Assembly: GCA_964603595.1 (NCBI GenBank)
Contig: CAZRVN010000001.1
Location: 152,151 to 216,150, forward strand
Length of the DNA: 64,000 nucleotides
DNA from: an uncultured Actinomycetota bacterium
GTDB taxonomy: Bacteria; Actinomycetota; Humimicrobiia; Humimicrobiales; Humimicrobiaceae
Reading direction: 5' to 3'
Shown: positions 60,074 to 64,000 of the stretch, one piece after another
Numbering within the stretch: the stretch's first letter is position 1
Layout: every line of letters starts with the position of its first letter
Translations under genes and position numbers: made by a program
Notes under the pieces: generated by a model
The model's input: only the letters and a program-made list of their open reading frames with translations
Databases searched by the model: none
Told to the model about the DNA's origin: nothing

Positions 60074-60270
60074 TTATAACCCTGCATCAATATAAAATTT
60101 TAAAAATATTCTTAACAATATATAAAAATTATTATGATTTGTGAACAGTAACCTTTACCCAGCTATATTTTATTTTCTATCATTTTTCTTATTTTACTAT
60201 AGATTTTATATTTATTAACCATAAAAATTTAAAACAAATAAAAATTCTAATATTTTTCGTCTTTAATCTA

Positions 60271-60472
60271 TTGACAACATTTTTTTATTTTGATATGTTT
60301 TTAATATCTTAGAACAGGAGGCAACTTTTGGAAATAACTCTGATTTATATTCAAAAGGATATAAAAAAGGGCTAATAATCTGGAAAGTCCCTAAGAAAAG
60401 TTCTAAGATGTGCCCCGAGATGTTGATTAGTCTAAAGCGCTAGCTATGACAAAAGATAACTCGGGGTTTTTT
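60271..60472 (+). ncRNA. Candidate small transcript: promoter-like TTGACA-N17-TATGTT, a 9-bp long-range inverted repeat enclosing AGGAGG plus a 15-codon sORF, then an intrinsic terminator
   Basis: TTGACA at 60271-60276. Inverted repeat TCTTAGAAC at 60307-60315 pairing with GTTCTAAGA at 60400-60408. AGGAGG at 60316-60321. TTG-start sORF MEITLIYIQKDIKKG at 60328-60375. Hairpin CCCCGAG at 60413-60419 pairing with CTCGGGG at 60460-60466, followed by six T. Confidence 0.3.
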
Positions 60473-60521
60473 ATATATTCCCATTAAAATCTTATAATCC
60501 ATAGCAAAGAACTCAATTACT

Positions 60522-61262
60522 TTAACTACTTTTAAGCATTCCTTTATTTGGCCTTAAAATATAAATTATAACCGCACTTATAACTGCAAAAATAAATACA
60601 ATAATCTCTGTAAATAAAACTCCAAATCTGTAACCAACATAAACTGACACAAAATCTATTATCATATGATAGATTATGGCAATTAATATAAAATAATATT
60701 TTTTTCTCATGAAAGCGCTTATCAACATAACTGAAAGTGAAATCTGGATAACAATAGCAAAAATTCTTTCTATCGAGCCAATTAATGGAAAGTACCATCT
60801 TATATCAGATATTTGCTCTAATGAATAGGACGGCAGAACTTCCGGGAAAAATTTATATGCAATAAAGCTAATTAGAATTGACATTCCAACAAAAATCATT
60901 GACTCTCCCCCACCGCCATGTCCGATGCCATACATGATACCTTTTTTAAAACTCCTCTCTTTAATAATTGCCCCAAAAGCTATCAACCTTACCCCCTCTT
61001 CAAACAAACCAGCAGTAAAAGACGAAAACAAACCTATAAAAACTACAGCTAAATCTCCTACGAAGTATTGAAGTATAAATGAATTAAAGATATTATTTAA
61101 GGGCACTCTTATAAGGGAAATCAGAAATAATGCTATACCCAGAAAGAATATAGCCCATGATACCCTGTATTTTTTCCACATATAAATAGCAAGAAGTACA
61201 GGTAAGCCAATCTCAATAACAATCGCTATAATATAGGAAATGTCAAGCAGGATATTATCCAT
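60522..61262 (-). CDS. YhfC-like polytopic membrane protein (putative intramembrane metalloprotease family)
   Basis: Several TM helices, a conserved FEEG motif and a GHGGGE region. Confidence 0.45.
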   Translation of the reverse strand: MDNILLDISYIIAIVIEIGLPVLLAIYMWKKYRVSWAIFFLGIALFLISLIRVPLNNIFNSFILQYFVGDLAVVFIGLFSSFTAGLFEEGVRLIAFGAIIKERSFKKGIMYGIGHGGGGESMIFVGMSILISFIAYKFFPEVLPSYSLEQISDIRWYFPLIGSIERIFAIVIQISLSVMLISAFMRKKYYFILIAIIYHMIIDFVSVYVGYRFGVLFTEIIVFIFAVISAVIIYILRPNKGMLKSS

Positions 61263-61316
61263 TAAAAACCCTTTTTATATAAGAGATAAAATAGTTATTT
61301 TCTTTAAATATTATAA

Positions 61317-62990
61317 CTATTTTATAAAATCTATAAAAATTTCTACCAAGTTAGGATCAAATTGAGTCCCTGCACATCTTATAAGCTCTTTGATGGCCTC
61401 TTTTTTGCTGATAGCCTTCTTATATGGTCTTTCATGTGTCATTACATCATAGGCATCTACAATAGATATTATCCTTGAATTAAGGGGAATATTTTCCTTT
61501 TTTAAACCATGCGGGTAACCTTTTCCATTCCACCATTCATGATGTGATAAGATTGCCTCAGCAATGGTTTTAAGCTGTGGAGATGAACTTGCTATATTGC
61601 TTCCTATTTCCGGATGCCTCTTTATAACTTCCCACTCCTCTTCATTTAATCTCCCTTTTTTCATTAAGATTTCATCGGGTATCGCTATCTTTCCAATATC
61701 ATGAAGTGTCGCAAGTAAGGATAGCTCGTTTAATTTATTTTCTTTTAAATTTAGTGAAAGACCTAACTTTAGTGCCATCTCTTTCATCCTGGCTCCGTGT
61801 TCTTCTGTTTCGTAGCTCTTTTCCTGCAGGGTCCTTTCTAAAGATGAAATTATAGAACTTGAAATACTGCTCTTTTCCAGTAATTTCCTGCGGTACATCC
61901 AGTCCTCTGCTTCTTTTATTATATTTTTGACATCAATTCCGTTACTTTTTTTGGTGGATGTTCCCAGGGATATGCTTACCGGGACATTATTAATTTTTGT
62001 TTTTTTACAGGTATTTCTTATCCTATTTAATATTTCCTCAGAATCTTTATCTGTAGTCTTTGGAAGTAAAATTGAGAATTCATCTCCTCCCCACCTTGCT
62101 ATGATATCCTCTTTCCTGCAGCATTTCTTCAGAATAAAAGCTACTTTTTTCAAAAGTTTGTCCCCTTCTTTAGGACCAAAGGCATCATTTATAAGTTTCA
62201 GTCCGTTAACATCTCCCATTATAAAACTAATTGGAATATTTCTTTTAGAATTAAGCCTTTTTAGCTCTTCCTCAAAATATGTACGGTTATAAAGACCGGT
62301 TAATCTGTCTCTAAGCGATAATTTCTTTATTTCTTCTTTCGTTTCTTTACGTTCCAGGGAATTTATTAATATTTCCCCGAGTAATTTTAACAGGGTTATA
62401 TCATTTTCTGTCCATAACTTCCTTTTTTTTATTGACTCCAGACTGAGAAATCCCGTAATAAAATTTCCATAATTCATGGGTATAATTACCAATGATTTTA
62501 CATCTTCAGGTTTTATAATTTCCTTTTCCGCCTTAAGATTTATTTTTATTTCCGAGGTATCATAAATATACACAGATTTATTTTTATCCAGCTTTTTCAT
62601 CCACCATAATCTTTTTCTGGTAGGAAATCCACTTAATACTCTTATCTTTGGTTTTATATCTTCACCACACCACTCATATTCCTTGACAGCTCTGGAATGA
62701 TGTCTGTTAAAAATATAAACACAAATTCTGTCAACTCCTGTAAATGCGACAACTTTTTTAAGAGTATTATATATAGCTTTATCTATTTCAGTTGGAGAAA
62801 TATTAATAAAATTTGTTGATAATTTTGTTATAAGATTTTCGAAGTTTATCCTGTAGGTTAATAATTTATTTATTTTTTTTTGTTCTTCAATATAACGATT
62901 CCTGTTTCTGAGCAGTATAAAAATTAACAAACCAGAGAATATTATTCCTATGACTACTATTGTTATATATAAACTAGAGTATAAATTCAT
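61317..62990 (-). CDS. Membrane-anchored GGDEF + HD-GYP dual-domain c-di-GMP turnover protein
   Basis: N-terminal TM helix and a GAF-like sensor region. GGDEF motif (RWGGDEF). HD-GYP motifs (HDIGK, HHEWWNGKGYP). Confidence 0.8.
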   Translation of the reverse strand: MNLYSSLYITIVVIGIIFSGLLIFILLRNRNRYIEEQKKINKLLTYRINFENLITKLSTNFINISPTEIDKAIYNTLKKVVAFTGVDRICVYIFNRHHSRAVKEYEWCGEDIKPKIRVLSGFPTRKRLWWMKKLDKNKSVYIYDTSEIKINLKAEKEIIKPEDVKSLVIIPMNYGNFITGFLSLESIKKRKLWTENDITLLKLLGEILINSLERKETKEEIKKLSLRDRLTGLYNRTYFEEELKRLNSKRNIPISFIMGDVNGLKLINDAFGPKEGDKLLKKVAFILKKCCRKEDIIARWGGDEFSILLPKTTDKDSEEILNRIRNTCKKTKINNVPVSISLGTSTKKSNGIDVKNIIKEAEDWMYRRKLLEKSSISSSIISSLERTLQEKSYETEEHGARMKEMALKLGLSLNLKENKLNELSLLATLHDIGKIAIPDEILMKKGRLNEEEWEVIKRHPEIGSNIASSSPQLKTIAEAILSHHEWWNGKGYPHGLKKENIPLNSRIISIVDAYDVMTHERPYKKAISKKEAIKELIRCAGTQFDPNLVEIFIDFIK

Positions 62991-63205
62991 TTCTATGTTA
63001 TGTATTTACTATGTTAATACAAAATAAATTATTTTAATTACTATTTTTTTAAACATATAAAATTATATAATTATTGCTTAAATTATTATATAAAAGTTAG
63101 ATTAATATAATATCATAAGTATAACTACTTTTACAAATAATTTTATAAAAATTTTATTTCTACTTGTAATGATATAATTACTTGGAGTTTAATATAAACA
63201 TTAGG

Positions 63206-64000
63206 TTATTTGCTTTCAAAAATTACGGAGTATTCAGGAACTATATCTTCAATGAATTTTTTCATACCTTCCATGGTTTTATAATGAGATACTATTTTTT
63301 CAAATACATTCATGGGTATTGTTCCTATATCCGCCCCTGAAAGAGCTACTTCCCTTAATTGTCTCGGGTTCCTTATGCTTGCTGCAAGAACCTCTGTTTC
63401 TTTTATTTCAAAATTTTTAAATGTAATTACTATCTGTTCTACCAGATCAACTCCCGATACTATGCCATTGTCCTCCAGAACTTTATCATCCTTTTCTATA
63501 CCAAAATATGGGAAATAATCCGATTTATTAAATGATATGTTATTTCTATATCTAATAAAATCATCTACCCTGCCTGTAAAAGGACTTACAAATTTTGCAC
63601 CTGCTTTAGAAGCTGCAAGCGCCTGCTCCGGAGTAAAAACAAGAGTACAATTTACTGGTATTTTTAGCCGTGATAATTCTTTTATTGACTTTATGCCATC
63701 AAAATTATTATTTCCATCATCTTTAGTAGAGGGGTTTACCGGAATTTTTATATATACATTACCCGCAACAGGATTAAACTTCTCATAAAGTTTTTTACCT
63801 TCCTCAACCATTTCTTCAAATTTTGTTCCTATTACCTCAAGACTTACCGGAAGACCTTTTGCAATAAAAAGCATTTCCTTTATATATTTTTCCATATTTA
63901 ATTCTCTACCTTTTTTCTTTTCATTCTCAACTGCTTTCCTTATAAGTGATGGGTTTGTTGTCACCCCATCCAGTAGCCCGTATGCTTTTACCTTTTCTAT
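63206..64000 (-). CDS. Transaldolase / fructose-6-phosphate aldolase family protein (N terminus beyond the window edge)
   Basis: TTNPSLI motif near the N terminus and a TIM-barrel aldolase pattern. The ORF is open to the window end. Confidence 0.75.
   Translation of the reverse strand: MEKVKAYGLLDGVTTNPSLIRKAVENEKKKGRELNMEKYIKEMLFIAKGLPVSLEVIGTKFEEMVEEGKKLYEKFNPVAGNVYIKIPVNPSTKDDGNNNFDGIKSIKELSRLKIPVNCTLVFTPEQALAASKAGAKFVSPFTGRVDDFIRYRNNISFNKSDYFPYFGIEKDDKVLEDNGIVSGVDLVEQIVITFKNFEIKETEVLAASIRNPRQLREVALSGADIGTIPMNVFEKIVSHYKTMEGMKKFIEDIVPEYSVIFESK

Noticed and set aside
146-62292. Numerous 60-150-aa antisense ORFs inside well-supported genes (for example 146-460, 749-1165, 18160-18525, 57715-58164, 61927-62292)
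   Set aside because: They lie entirely within confidently identified genes on the opposite strand and have low-complexity Ser/Leu/Ile-rich translations. Their length is explained by the stop-codon-poor antisense frame of an AT-rich genome.
1-64000. CRISPR arrays, transposases, integrases, phage genes
   Set aside because: I found no regularly spaced direct repeats with unique spacers, and no ORF with recombinase or transposase motifs. The only tRNA (Pro) has no adjacent integrase.

Overview
This 64-kb window comes from a low-GC (roughly 28-30% GC) bacterium. Its gene content (rny, spoVS, yneA-like, DUF3048/YerB-like, Cheo-box-like LexA sites) fits a Firmicutes-like or Thermotogota-like anaerobe, but phylum cannot be fixed from sequence alone. 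Most of the window is densely packed housekeeping DNA. (1) 1-6.9 kb holds a complete arginine biosynthesis operon, argJ(partial)-argB-argD-argF-argR-argG-argH, with the repressor gene embedded in the operon. (2) 6.9-14 kb holds a long U32-family peptidase, a class A PBP with four C-terminal PASTA repeats, tyrS and a stand-alone hypA. (3) 14-32 kb is an accessory-looking polyol/sugar catabolic island. It contains an mtlD-like dehydrogenase, a SorC regulator, a decayed GC-richer ABC-transporter remnant, two FGGY sugar kinases, a Zn-ADH, an SDR, a complete ABC uptake system, and a fused E1alpha/beta plus E2 2-oxoacid/acetoin-dehydrogenase-like pair with no E3. (4) 32-41 kb has rny behind a long terminator-containing leader, an uncharacterised MutL/Hsp90-like GHKL ATPase sitting where ymdB sits in Bacillus, then spoVS, miaB-miaA, dapF, dapL and hflX. 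(5) 41-44 kb is an SOS module: lexA, ilvC, and a divergent YneA-like LysM membrane protein whose promoter carries two CAAAC-N4-GTTCG boxes. A third copy of the box sits upstream of lexA. (6) 44-64 kb carries dut; a MerR-like regulator with a perfect palindromic operator plus a small unknown protein; a DUF151 nuclease; hpt; an FHA-MerR-D,D-carboxypeptidase-DUF3048 operon preceded by tRNA-Pro(GGG); gpsA-der-DUF512-ispH-plsC-cmk-aroA-tyrA; an intergenic promoter-sORF-terminator module; a YhfC-like membrane protein; a GGDEF/HD-GYP protein; and a partial transaldolase. I found no CRISPR array, transposase, integrase or rRNA.
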